Shown one piece after another: positions 11,658 through 24,117 of a stretch of DNA of 39,436 bases. A program made the translations under genes and the position numbers. The stretch covers positions 70,178 to 109,613 of the forward strand of contig NW_014577091.1 in assembly GCF_000485595.1 (NCBI RefSeq), in the 5' to 3' direction. The notes under the pieces are model-generated. The model did not search any database, was not told where the DNA came from, and worked only from the letters and a program-made list of their open reading frames with translations. Every line of letters begins with the position of its first letter. Position 1 is the first letter of the stretch. Source of the DNA: Priapulus caudatus. Lineage: Eukaryota.

Positions 11658-14600
11658 TGTGGGTGTGTGTGTGTGTGGTGTGAGTGAGGGGGGGCTTCGT
11701 GGCTTGCCCCGATAACATGGTCGTGTGCGCGTCGAGAAGCGTTGCTTCCGAAATGATTTCCGCATACCGCATCGTTAGCCGGCTAGACGTAGCTGTAGTA
11801 TATATGTAACTAGCGTGTGACCATTGTCGCGCATCTGCGTGACCAGGTAGCTAGATACACACGCGCGTGTCGCAGGTAACCTTACTCAATAATTGAGCGA
11901 TCTTGCTCGTCGGCCCGCGTGCTTCCGTGTGCAGCTCGTCATTTAACGTGCACTACAGCGCAGCTGGTAACTCGTCGACTAATCGTGATTCCATTTACGC
12001 TGACGCTGTATTTCGATAGCAATTAACATCGATGTGGCCCTCATTGTTTTTCGGAAAGCTATGGAGCGACTTAGTGTAGAGGGAAAGGAGTGAGGGAGAT
12101 AGAGAGAGAGAGATAAACACATATAGAATGAGAGTGACAGAGAGAGAGAGACAGAGCAAGAGAAAAATAGAGAGCGAGAGAGCGAGAGAGCGAGAGAGCA
12201 AGAGAGCGAGAGAGCGAGAGAGCGAGAGAGAGAGAGAGAGAGTGAGCGAGTGAGAGCTACTGGGTTATATTCCGTCCCACGTCTTTAACTCATCCGCGTT
12301 TCGTTGTTATCAAACCATCCATGTATCGTATATATCTCACGTTTCGCATTATTTCTCACAGTTCACGATGTATCTTGTACATAGCACTAGTAGACTAGCA
12401 GACGTAACAGCGTATGCGATCAATAATCGAATTTACCTTTGTCACCAGTAATTGTTATCGTATAGTACTCATAGACATTAGTATGAGTACATGGCCAACA
12501 TAAATATCATGAACTACTATTGTTGTCCTATTATATTCGCGCCGCGTTTGTGTTTCGTGCCTGTAAATCCGATATTAATCATCAACACTTTCGTTCCCGA
12601 TTGAAATATAGCCAGATATTGCAGAAAGCACCTATTGTTCGAATCAGCGGTCATGCGTTATTGTTACAGTCATAGGCCAAGCACTGGGTGTCAGTTGGGA
12701 TAAGCTGGCGGGTCATTGGTGTAGATGCGAGGCCAGATAAACATGTTCTGTGTCTGCCTCAGTGAAACAGTGACCCAGAAACGAGAACGTTTTATGCGCG
12801 CCTGTCACGGTTGGGCTAATCCTCTCTGTGCATGTTCATCCACCCACCCGCTACTCAACAATAGACGAAACTGTACCGAATTTTTATTATCGTTATAAAC
12901 GCATAATGTGGCCATGCGCCAGTTGCGATGAAGGTTTCATTTCGCGCGCATATCAGCGCAGCTTTGATTATTGTGCAAATACTTCTATTTCAGCGTATAT
13001 AACTATCAGATGTTATAAATTAGCGCATGACGTCATAATTTAGCGAAATCCCACCTGAGGTTCGTCCTTTAGAAATATAAACTAATCGCATTATCATTAT
13101 TGTACATGCTCATATTCTCGTTCGATCCGCATATTATATTGAACTTTGATTAACGTTTGTCGTTAGTGCATTTCGCGGGATTGCCTAATCATGTGTCGAC
13201 AGATAACCACCTACACCACTGTATATATTATCAACAAATATATCGATTTCATAAAAGAAGAAATATATGTCGTTAATGTATGGTATCTTAATTCTAATTA
13301 CTTAATTACTTTTACTTGTTTCCTAGCTGCTTGTTGAACTAAAACGCACATAATATACCGGCCATCTCACCATCTCCAATGTTTCTCATTCAGATTTTCA
13401 AGAAGCTGTCGTCAGCTAGACGCAGGGAGCCGCGCAGGAACGCCGATGGCTGCCCGATGACGGGAACCTTCTTCGTTAGCCATCAGTTCACGGACTACGC
13501 TGCCGTGAATGCTCTATACGCCGAAGGAAACGAAATAGCTACTCACTCCGTCAGGTAGCTATACGCGTCGTCTCTTGATGCATGCATGAGACATCAAGGG
13601 GTCCGTTGTTATTTTATCGTAAATAGTTGTGATATATAGGATGTCTAAAGTGTCACACAACTCTTGCACGTGAATTGTTGTGCAAAAACCATCTCATTTT
13701 AGACGCACGATAGTCATATGCATTAAGGATGCTTCTAGCAACAAGCGCCAGGAGTAGCATAATTAATCGATGCTGTCTGTTAATTATGCTCCTCCGGCAG
13801 ACATGATAGACGCAACAATCATAGGCTAAAGGAAAACATTAGGCATTACATTAGCTGTGCTATGCCTATATAGAGTGTCTATACTGTGAGTTATAGACAT
13901 TTCTAGTGAGTATAGTTCTGCTATACTCTTTGGCTGCGTTTGCCTTACGTGACAAATTTCAATTTGTTCTTGTCTACGTCTTTCTTTGCCTACATTACTG
14001 TCAACTTTAAATTTGTCTAAAGCTCACAGAAGGGTTATTGCCTTCAAACGCATTATGTTACGTATTTTGTATTCCATGCGCACGCGCCTTCACGGCACTT
14101 CCTCCAAAAAGGAAAGTTGCTACACACAACGTGTTGATTGTGTCAATTAGATTATTGTGTTGATCGAATTCATACGAGTTTAATACGAGTCTCAAACAAT
14201 CACCGTGAATATTCACGGCCATGTGTACACGTTCGTTTGCAGTAAGCAGCTGCCGGCCGAGTACTGGCGTGACAGCGAACGCCGCGTGTGGCACGAGGAG
14301 TTCGTCACAATGCGTCTGCTGCTCAACCAGCTCGGCAACGTGAAGGCGGAGGACATTGTCGGCATGCGCGCCCCCTACCTGCAGACGGCTGGCGACGACA
14401 CGATCATCATGGCGCAGCGCAACAACTTCCTCTATGATTCGTCGTACGCCACCGACAGGAACGACTACCCGATCTGGCCGTACACGTTCGACTACCGCTC
14501 GACCGCCGGCTGCGCCGTGGAGCCGTGCCCGCTGCAGTCGCTGCCAGGCGTCTGGGAGATCCCGCTAGTTGACTGGATCGACACGAACAACACACTGTGC

Positions 14601-15062
14601 GAGAACGTCGACAGCTGCTACTTCCCGGAGACGAAGCAGGAGGCGATGGAGCTGCTCTTCTCCAACTTCGCGCGCCACTACCAGACGAACAAGGCGCCGT
14701 TCGCGATCAATCTGCGCGCGCGCTGGTTCCTCGACGACGGCATGCACAACCTGGAAGCGCTGCAGGATTTCCTCGAGGGCGTCGAGCGCATGGACGACGT
14801 CTACGTGGTGACGTTCGCGCAGGCGCTGCAGTGGGTGCGCGACCCGACGCCGCTCAACGACATGGACGGCTTCTTCAACTGCGACTACAGAGACCGGACG
14901 CCGATGTGCGAGCACCCGACCCTCTGCGGATACTACAACATCACCTATCAGCCGAACGACGTCGACCACCAGGGCGACCGCTTCTTCATGACCTGCAACG
15001 AGTGTCCGCCGCAGTACCCGTGGGTGATGCCCATCGACACTCTACGCGCTCTCGGTCTGTAG
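5486..15062 (+). CDS. Chitin deacetylase-like secreted protein (signal peptide + CBM14 + LDLa + CE4 domain; serpentine/vermiform-type architecture). Exons: 5486-5522, 5769-5922, 6970-7211, 7689-7846, 13394-13554, 14243-15062; 523 aa
   Basis: All introns are GT-AG and the phases (1,2,1,0,2) join into one open frame of 1572 nt. The protein has a 6-Cys CBM14, a 6-Cys LDLa with DGSDE, and CDA hallmarks CRLPDCKCS, PQLVMI, GCPMTGTFFVSH, GMRAPYLQ, LYDSS, IWPYTFDY, PGVWEIP, CPPQYPW. Confidence 0.93.
5769..5922 (+). CDS. CDA-like exon 2 (end of signal peptide, first half of CBM14)
   Basis: ctgcag acceptor, gtaagt donor; ALVAAAVPQKRF...CNPN...DCQVFYICDNG. Confidence 0.9.
6620..6900. repeat. 28-bp CpG-rich minisatellite x~10 (ctaaaacccgcgtcgcgtccagcggtta)
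   Basis: Head-to-tail units, no spacers. Confidence 0.95.
6970..7211 (+). CDS. CDA-like exon 3 (second half of CBM14 + LDLa repeat)
   Basis: tctcag acceptor, gtaagt donor; FCPGVTVW...C and CDFQCEDNSGCIARRAQCDGISHCRDGSDERDC. Confidence 0.92.
7325..7572. repeat. Degenerate (TGAA/TAAA)n tract
   Basis: Direct reading. Confidence 0.85.
7613..7651. mobile_element. 39-bp perfect palindromic insertion with 7-bp TSD
   Basis: caagagcgtattaagaagg-a-ccttcttaatacgctcttg flanked on both sides by atataat. Confidence 0.6.
7689..7846 (+). CDS. CDA-like exon 4 (start of CE4 domain, motif 1 GWDE)
   Basis: cgcag acceptor, gtgagc donor; PPCDLDRCRLPDCKCS...VPQLVMIGWDEAV. Confidence 0.92.
8075..9045. repeat. 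Inverted duplicate of 11688-12576
   Basis: For example aaacgcggcgcgaatataataggacaac at ~8110 is the reverse complement of gttgtcctattatattcgcgccgcgttt at ~12522; colinear across the block. Confidence 0.85.
9270..11425 (-). pseudogene. Inverted, indel-rich copy of CDA exon 5-intron 5-exon 6-3'UTR (13380-15345), probably an artefact
   Basis: Reverse complement matches throughout, intron included; peptide shards MTGTFLL..QFTDYAAVN, YFPG..EAMELLF, ALQDFLEGVER, DHQGDR. Confidence 0.75.
13394..13554 (+). CDS. CDA-like exon 5
   Basis: ttcag acceptor, AG|gtagct donor; RNADGCPMTGTFFVSHQFTDYAAVNALYAEGNEIATHSV (not in the ORF track). Confidence 0.9.
14243..15062 (+). CDS. CDA-like exon 6 (bulk of CE4 domain, stop)
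   Basis: ttgcag acceptor inside ORF 14205-15062; RAPY, YDSS, WPYT, WEIP motifs; TAG at 15060-15062. Confidence 0.95.
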
Positions 15063-15434
15063 ACGTGCTCTGCCATTGACGTGCTCAGCTTAGTCGATAA
15101 ACTCTGCTGCTGCTCTTGGTCTGTAGCTTAGATGCTCGGTGTGTAGATTGTGTTTTTGGTGTGTACTCCTCGCTATGCGCTCGGTCTATAGCTTGTATGC
15201 TTGGCGTGTAGATTTTGTATTCGGTGTGCACGTTTTATGATCTTGTGTGTGCGCTAGTTTGGTCTGTAGTTTGTGTGCTTGGCATGCAGGTTGAATGTTT
15301 ACAGCATGGATTATGTTATACCTTTGCGTGCTTTGCTGCTTTGCGTGTAGGTTATGGACTTACGTCAGTAGATTGGAGTCTAGGTTATAGATCGTTTTAC
15401 GTAAAACATTGTAGGCCCGATCTACATGCCGCGC

Positions 15435-15466
<32 letters not shown>

Positions 15467-15502
15467 GTGTGTGTGTGTGTGTGTGTGTGCCTGTGTGTCT
15501 GT

Positions 15503-16232
15503 NNNNNNNNNNNNNNNNNNNNNNNNNNNNNNNNNNNNNNNNNNNNNNNNNNNNNNNNNNNNNNNNNNNNNNNNNNNNNNNNNNNNNNNNNNNNNNNNNN
15601 NNNNNNNNNNNNNNNNNNNNNNNNNNNNNNNNNNNNNNNNNNNNNNNNNNNNNNNNNNNNNNNNNNNNNNNNNNNNNNNNNNNNNNNNNNNNNNNNNNNN
15701 NNNNNNNNNNNNNNNNNNNNNNNNNNNNNNNNNNNNNNNNNNNNNNNNNNNNNNNNNNNNNNNNNNNNNNNNNNNNNNNNNNNNNNNNNNNNNNNNNNNN
15801 NNNNNNNNNNNNNNNNNNNNNNNNNNNNNNNNNNNNNNNNNNNNNNNNNNNNNNNNNNNNNNNNNNNNNNNNNNNNNNNNNNNNNNNNNNNNNNNNNNNN
15901 NNNNNNNNNNNNNNNNNNNNNNNNNNNNNNNNNNNNNNNNNNNNNNNNNNNNNNNNNNNNNNNNNNNNNNNNNNNNNNNNNNNNNNNNNNNNNNNNNNNN
16001 NNNNNNNNNNNNNNNNNNNNNNNNNNNNNNNNNNNNNNNNNNNNNNNNNNNNNNNNNNNNNNNNNNNNNNNNNNNNNNNNNNNNNNNNNNNNNNNNNNNN
16101 NNNNNNNNNNNNNNNNNNNNNNNNNNNNNNNNNNNNNNNNNNNNNNNNNNNNNNNNNNNNNNNNNNNNNNNNNNNNNNNNNNNNNNNNNNNNNNNNNNNN
16201 NNNNNNNNNNNNNNNNNNNNNNNNNNNNNNNN
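15503..16232. other. Assembly gap (730 N) between the two convergent genes
   Basis: N run flanked by (GT)n and (TA)n. Confidence 0.99.
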
Positions 16233-17174
16233 ATATATATACATATTACCCATATATTATGTATTTAGTAAATACATATACGATGGCTATTCGTTTTGAA
16301 TTACGAATAGAGCACGCTCGCGGCTAACAAGGAAAAGGCAGATGCGATTGAAAACCGGAATCGGTAAGATATGTCTCTGACCTTGGATGGTACGTAACTG
16401 GGTCAGCCGAAGACATCAGATGATCGGAAGACATGCGCATCTGCCGACGGTAGAGACAACATGAGCACACATATATCATCATTACGGGACAGTGCAACTC
16501 ACCTCTTTAATTCTTCGCGCTACCGATCTAAGACACTTGCAAGCAATCGTGAAGTTCGCAAGTGATTACGATTCAGGGCGCACGACCTTGTGACACACCT
16601 GGGGTGTGAACTAGGCCACTGTTGTCTCTGCTAAGCTTGTTTCTGCGGCATCTTCTGAGATAGCTGGGTTGACAGCTACAATACATCATGGTGTTATCAC
16701 GCGGAAGACAAGACGTGGCCTAGCTTTAAGGGTATGCTAATTACAGCCAGCGAAGTTCACATTTGCATCACCTATAGCTGCTACATATCTGTATTAGATA
16801 GCTTTTGGTCGCTGCAATTTGAAAGTTTGAAGTCTTGCACTGATGATTGGTTAATATACGGTTGTCGTATTTGTTTATTAAACAGATAATTGACTGCGTA
16901 AATTAAATTCGCGGTTGTTTTGTAGAGATACATCGTTCGTCGATGTATGACCACAGAGTGATTCTGCTCTCCATAGCTTTATTTGTGACGTATAATATAG
17001 GCCTACACACACCATTTCTTCTGGACGCATTGCATTAATGAAATCATAGATCAAACCGACACGAGCAAAGTTAAAAACTGTGTGTAATGTATGACCCCAA
17101 AACAACAGAATATCACGCAATGCAACTGCAGTACTAGTCACGCACGACACTTGAAACATCATCCTCGGCTGTAC

Positions 17175-17212
17175 CAGATATATACAAACACATGCGTTTG
17201 TATATATCTATG
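17175..17212. mobile_element. 38-bp hairpin insertion with 7-bp TSD
   Basis: agatatatacaaac-acatgc-gtttgtatatatct; flanked on both sides by gctgtac; CA...TG ends. Confidence 0.5.
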
Positions 17213-20200
17213 GCTGTACTCAGTAGGTGAGCAGTAAACATATATGGCTCAGCCGTGGAAATGATTGCGTTGAACTGGATTCACAGCTACAAATGGCAAT
17301 TCGCACAGATGCACACGTAGTCATTTGTCGGATGCTTAATTATCGCTCCGTGCTAATAAACCCATTTCCTACCCCGTCATCTTCCTAACCAATGCATACT
17401 TAATATGTACATATAGGTTCATACCTGTGCTTGTTACCAAACTTGAATTTTTGAACGGTTAAGCGCTTATTAGTGTGATTAGCTCATCGATCGTACGTAA
17501 ACCCAACACCCGGAACGTTTAATTCACCTTTACATACATTCGCGAAAGAATTATCGCCCGCTGGCAACCTTCCTCTCATATAAATGCTACTTGGCTGCAT
17601 CCTAATTCCCACCCATCCGTGCACGTACGTAGAAGCTGTATTGTGAATATAAACCTTAATCTGCCGCCATCTTCTTGTGTAATGACGACCCTTTCACGCT
17701 GACCCCTACCCGACCGTTACGTAGTCGAATCTCTGAGACGGATTGCAACAGCTAGGGTGGATACCCGGGGCGCAGTGAGGTCACGAATCCGACTTTACGG
17801 AGGAATGCTTTGTCCGATAACAGCGGTCGGCTATACTGGAGCCAGAACATCGTAAAGTTAATGCTAAGATAGCACGTATGACTAATGTTAATGTTAAGAC
17901 TATAATGTTAGGACTAATTTTGTTTCTGACAACGGCCCCCAGGTGTATATAGTTCGTAAGTATGTCTGCCAGGATGACTCTTGGACGCTCTTCGAACTGC
18001 GGGAGTGCGCTTTTGTTTTTGCGTTCTTGCCGCTCTCGAGCCGCCGCGGGCCGATGCACTCCGCCCTGACCCTATCATATATATCTGTAGATACTTCACG
18101 CTCCCGCTACTTTGAATGGAAGAGACACCCCAGCGCGCCAAGCAAACGGCCAGACACCTGCGGCGATGAGTAGTGACCCAGTTCTTCTCAACACCCGTGA
18201 CACGGAGAGCAAGGTGCGTGCCCCCGTAATAAAGGGTTGGGCATGACCGAATCGGACCGTAGCTAAAAGCCGCTGGCTACGTGGTCAGATGTGAGAGCGA
18301 GCTCACTTCAGGTGGCGGGGGTCGTCGTTTAAAGCTGTTTACTGGTGGAATCGGGCGTGTGTCCTCTGCAGTAGAGAGTCTAGACTTCTACCACCTGCTT
18401 TTTTTTTTTTTTTTTTCAATTTTTTTTTTTCTATATTTACGATTATATATATATATATATATATAATATATATGTATGTATGTATGTATACGATCATTTA
18501 TATCAACGATGTGTTTATCTGTGTCAGTGTTTATNNNNNNNNNNNNNNNNNNNNNNNNNAGTTTGAGTTCAAATGAGTATTTCACAGATCGTATACGCCA
18601 TACGCGCGAGATATCTTGGGGACGCGAAATAAACGAGGTGAAAGACAAACTGATGTTACATTCTTCAGTCCTATGTACGATTGTAGCTGTTATTTCAATT
18701 ATTTATCAAGCCAAATACTTACCAACCGATCAGCCAACCAAGCCAATCAACCAACTCATTTCATCTAATCTCTCCAGTCATCCATCCATCCATTCCACCG
18801 ACCAATGCATTCAGCCAGGAGAAAGACTGCGCCTCAAACTCACCCGTTCTGTTTCGAAGTGTTTTTTTTACATGTAAACTCACATATATCACTCAAACAA
18901 CTAGTCGGTAGCATGAATGTAGTTATATCAGATATGTATGTTTACTATAGGCACGTACTACGTCATGCACGCTACGCTAACTGCAGAGCCGTTTAACAGG
19001 CAACTTTGTGAGGTGTCAGTGGATGATCTGGAACAATGAAGAACGAAGGAAATAGGTAAATTCCTGCTTATCGTCCAAAAAATTTGCTACATCTCGCTGC
19101 CAGACTATATATGATACGAATACGAATACATTACCAATACATACAGATACGAATATATGGTATGAAAATTATGAATACGATTATACAATGAATGTATTAT
19201 TGGGTTGCATCGCCATCAAATATTTCTGCTTCATGAAGTAAATAGTAAAAAGACGTGCAGGACATACATTAGCACGAAGATACCTAGGAAAGAATGACCT
19301 ACATAAAGTATAGTTATATGTTTATAAATATTATTATTTATTTAGTAAATTTAGTACTCTCGCCACACTAACCGATGATTTTTACACTGCTTGAATATGT
19401 ATAATGACAAGTTGGAATGCAACCGCTCCAAAACAAAATCAATAAATTAACAACTATATTAGTTTAGATGTACACTTCGCTGAACGTCTTACTTTAATTC
19501 AAGTTTACCTGCATTTCTTTCTCGCTCGTTCAGCTTAATTGTTCTCGGAGGCCCGTGTATACACGTATGTCAATATAGTAAGGACATAATATTCACAAAA
19601 TCTTCTAAATAAAAACATGTGCTCACTTAACCAGCCAACGATTAGCAACTTACTGCCCTACTGCCTCTAGGTGGGTTACGCTACAACGCACCTACAGGCT
19701 TTTTTTACAGTTATCGTTTTGTACGGCTACGCTATTATGCCAAATTTACTGCTCCCCAGTTGACTATCTCACAAGTAACGATGTACTAAACCCTTATGCT
19801 AAGTCTGAAGACAAAATATCCAAGCATATCTGCGTTACTGGCTACCACTGTAAGCACAGTGAATAGCGTTGAGACAGGTCTTCACTATACACGCTATGGA
19901 CTGTTTTCTCGAGCAATTTAGTCAAGCAAATTCTGTTGGATGCGGCACGCCCCGGTACTGTGCCACGGCAAGATTCCGCGCTTCGCGACGCCGTCGATGA
20001 ATGGGCGGAACTGTGCCAAAGAAATGATTCCTTTAAGTCGTTCACACAGCATAACAAGTGGCATATATTTCGCGTAGGGACGGGTATTTCCATCACTCCA
20101 AAACAACTATAGTCATAATACCAAATTGCGCATCTTGACAATTTTACCCAACATGCTCGAGAATTTCTACCGTGAAATACGCAATTCATTGATCTAAGCA

Positions 20201-20806
20201 AATACAGTCTTGCATTCACCCCCTTCTCTGTTAAAAAACAGCAACCAGCCCGAATTCCAACTGGCACAAATGAGTGTTCTGCATCAATATGTAACATTAT
20301 AATTGCGTGCACTGCTCAACTCTGAATGCATAAGCAAGCAACAAAATCGTACTGTACGCGTTACTTTCGCATGCATTGACAACACTCGCATGCTTATTTA
20401 TTACGCCCCGCACGCACAAACGGACGCGTCACACACACGCGCACACACACACCAACCCACAGGCCTGCTACTGCACGCGCCATAAGGAGCACACAAATAC
20501 AATGCTCGCACGCCAGCCATAACCCTAAAGAGAGCAAGCAGGCCCGTTCTCACAATCGTGCCAGGGATTTAGGCGGAAACAACGCTGTTCGCCCACCAAC
20601 TTCCACCTATCACTACACTTCATCACAGCCTATTCCCGCGTCGTCATCGCCCGCACGTATTTCAGTGAGTCGCGCGAGTCCATTCACCACGATACGGCCT
20701 CCCAGCGGCCGGGTTCACCGACGCATTCCGGTTCCCGCCCCCGCCCGAATTCCACGCGCCGCGGCAATGAGCGCCGATCCTAGTGGTGGGCGACTCTGTG
20801 AGGGGC

Positions 20807-21125
20807 TCAGGACGCGCTGGCTGGACGATGACGAGTTCGCGGGACCGGCCGCTGCAGCGCCCCTGCGTTGAGGGCACCTGCTATCCGGCGCCGCAGTGAC
20901 GGCAAAGTCGCTGATAGAAGACTGCCCGGCGCACAGACGCAGGCACGCAGCCTGCAGCTCGCCGTCTTTTTTTTTTTTTGCCGCTAGCGCGCCAGACGCC
21001 GCACGCTTCACAAACCCGAGGCGCTCCGCCCCACGTGAAGCGGTCCGAAACTGGCAGGTTGGCAGCCGAAGGTGATCGCCGGTTGCGGCTTCCGCAGCGT
21101 CGCTTCCCGTCGGGCTCGGTCCGCA
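20807..21125 (-). pseudogene. TRAPPC8: Frameshifted duplicate of the TRAPPC8 terminal exon (probably an assembly artefact)
   Basis: Colinear with 24118-24394 but with many 1-nt indels and an inserted T run. Confidence 0.6.
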
Positions 21126-21160
21126 GTTTAGAGAGTAGAACTTTACCATGTATCATAATA

Positions 21161-21204
<44 letters not shown>

Positions 21205-24117
21205 GTATACGATACGATTTATATAACCAATGATGTTATTGTGTCAGTGTTATATTTATGCTGTTCGTGAGTAGAGTTATATTTATAATTATCATATGCT
21301 GGTCAGGGTGTTATATTTATGCTGTTCGTGAGTAGAGTTATATTTATAATTATCATATGCTGGTCAGGGAGATATTAATTCTAATGTTATTGCTAATGGT
21401 GGCTCACAACGTGAGGAGCTCACAATGTGACTTATAACAACGGGCAAAGTCAGGTGCCAGCTAGGACATTAGTTGCTGGTTCACTACTTATAACAGAGGG
21501 GTTTCTGGTGCCGATTTTGACATTTGCCTGAGGCATGCTGACCGAGGCAAGATAATGACTAGGATGACTGGGATGACTGAACATATGGCTATTATGCACT
21601 CCTTCTTCTTTACTTTTACTTACAATCCACTCTTTTGAAATCTACACATGATACGTGTTGTAAGCAACTGAATTATGTTATGGAATGTTGTGGTGCACGG
21701 GAATTCATAACTACAATAATATTCACGTCATACCGTAATAGGCAAGCCAACTTCAATTTGCTAATCAACAAATCCAACTTGTTAGCATGATCATATCACA
21801 TCATATCGTTTTATCACAGCCGTCATTTAAATCTATTATGACGTAACAGTCACTGTGACTTGCTCTTGCTAATCGCAAATCAAATCTGACCAATGAATGC
21901 GATCACATGAAAAGGCACCCAAACATCCCCCGCCGCTGCCGCCGCTGTAGAGGACCTCCCACGAGGGATGCGAGCGCTAGGACGCGGGGCGCTAACGTAG
22001 GGGGGGGGGGGGGGGTCGTCGTTTAAAGGTGTTTACTGGTGGAATCAGTTTGAGTTCAATGAGCTAATTTCTCAGGTCGTATACGCATTACGCGCGAGAT
22101 ATCTACGCGAAATTAACACGAGTGAAGACAAACTGATGTTACATTCTTCATTCCATGTACGATGTAGTGATTATTTAATATTTATCAAGCCAAATACTTA
22201 CCAACCGATCAGCAACAAGCCAATCACCAACTCATTCATCTATCTCCCCAGTCATCCATCCATCCATCCACCCACCAATGCATTCAGCCAGAGAAAGACT
22301 CGCGCAAACTCATCCGTTCTGTATTCGAAGTTTTTTTTACATGTAAACCTCACATATATCACTCAAACAACTAGTGGTAGCATGAATGTAGTATAGTCAT
22401 ATATGTATGTTTACTATAGCACGTACTACGTCATGCACGCTAGCTAACGAGAGCGTTTAACAGGCAAACTTGTGTAGGGTCAGTGGATGATCTGAACAAT
22501 GAAGAACGAAGGAATAGGTAAATCCTGCTCTAATGTCAAACAACATTGCTACATCTTACGTGCCAGACATATATGATTACGAATACGAATACATACCAAT
22601 ACATACAGATACGAATATATGGTATGAAATTATGAATACGATTAATACATGAATGTATTATTGGTTGCATCTCCATCAATATTTCTGTTGATGAAGTAAA
22701 TAGAAAAAGACGTGAGGAATACATGAGACGAAGATACCAGGTAAAGAATGACCTAATAAAGTATAGTATATTTATAATATTATTATTTATTTAGTAAATT
22801 TAGTACTCTGCACACCTTAACCATGATTTTTACACTGCTTGAATATTTATAATGACAAGTGGAATGCAACCGCTCCAAAACAAAATAATAAATTAACAAC
22901 AATAGTTTAGATGTACACTTCGGCTGAACGTCTTACTTAATTCAAGTACATGCATTTCTTTCTCGCTCGTTCAGCTTAAATTGTCTCGGAGGCCCGTGTA
23001 TACACGTATGTCATATAGTAAGGACAATATATTCACAAAATTTCTAAATAAAACATGCTCACTTAACCGCCAACGTAGCAACTTACTGCTACTGCCTCTA
23101 GTGTGTTACGCTACAACGCTACCTACAGCTTTTTTACAGTTATCGTTTTGTACCCGGGTACGCTATATGCAATTACTGCCCCAGTTTGACTATCTCACAA
23201 GTAACGATGTACTAAACCTTATGCAAGTCTGAAGACAAATATTCCAAGCGATTCTGTTACTGGTACCATGTACACAGTGAATAGGTTGAGACAGGTCTTC
23301 ACTATACACGCCTATGACTGTTTTTTCTCGAGCAATTATCAAGCAAATTCTGTTGGGTCGATGAATGTGGGGAACTGTGCCAAATAAATGTATCCTTTAA
23401 GGTGTTCACACAGCATAACAGTGGATATATTTCGCTAGGGACCGGGATATCATACACTCCAAAACAACTATTATTCATAATACCAAAATTTGGCATCTGA
23501 CATTTTACCCAAATGCTCGAGAATTTTACCGTGAAATACAATTATTGATCTAAGCAATACAGTTGCAATTCACCCTTCTCATGCTTAAAAACAGCAACCA
23601 GCCCAATTCAACTGGACAAAGAGTGTCTGCTCAATATGTACATATAATGCGTGCACATGCTCACATCTCTGAATGCATAAGCAAGAACAAAATCGTACGT
23701 ACGCGTACTTTCGCATGCATGAACACACACTCGCATGTACGCCCGCACGCACGGACGGTCACACACACGCACACACACACACCAACCCACAGGCCTGCAT
23801 GCACGCGCATAGGCAGCACACAAATACATGCTCGCACGCCAGCGATAACCCTAGAAGAGAGCAAGCAGGCCCGTTCTCACATCTGCAGGGATGAGGCGGA
23901 AGACAACGCTGTCTCGCCCACAACTTCGCACCTATCACTACACTTCATCACAGCCTATTCCCGCGTCGTCATCGCCGCACGTATTCCATGAGCGCGCGAG
24001 TCCATCACCACGATACGGCCCTCCCAGCGGCGGCTCACCGACGCATTCCCGAGTTCCCGCCGCCCGAATTCCAGCGCGCGGCACATGAGGCGACTCCTAG
24101 TGGCGACTCTGTGAGGC

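Noticed and set aside
14205..14242. ORF-track start for a stand-alone 285-aa protein
   Set aside because: This stretch is intronic; the acceptor at 14242 joins in phase with exon 5
14356..15079. Overlapping alternative-frame and antisense ORFs in CDA exon 6
   Set aside because: Expected by-product of very high GC3; no recognisable motifs
15215..16327. Long ORFs of 280-370 aa
   Set aside because: They are open only because they run through the 730-N gap
21247..21369. Exact 61-bp tandem duplication
   Set aside because: Present only in one Z copy inside the suspect region; likely a contig-merge overlap
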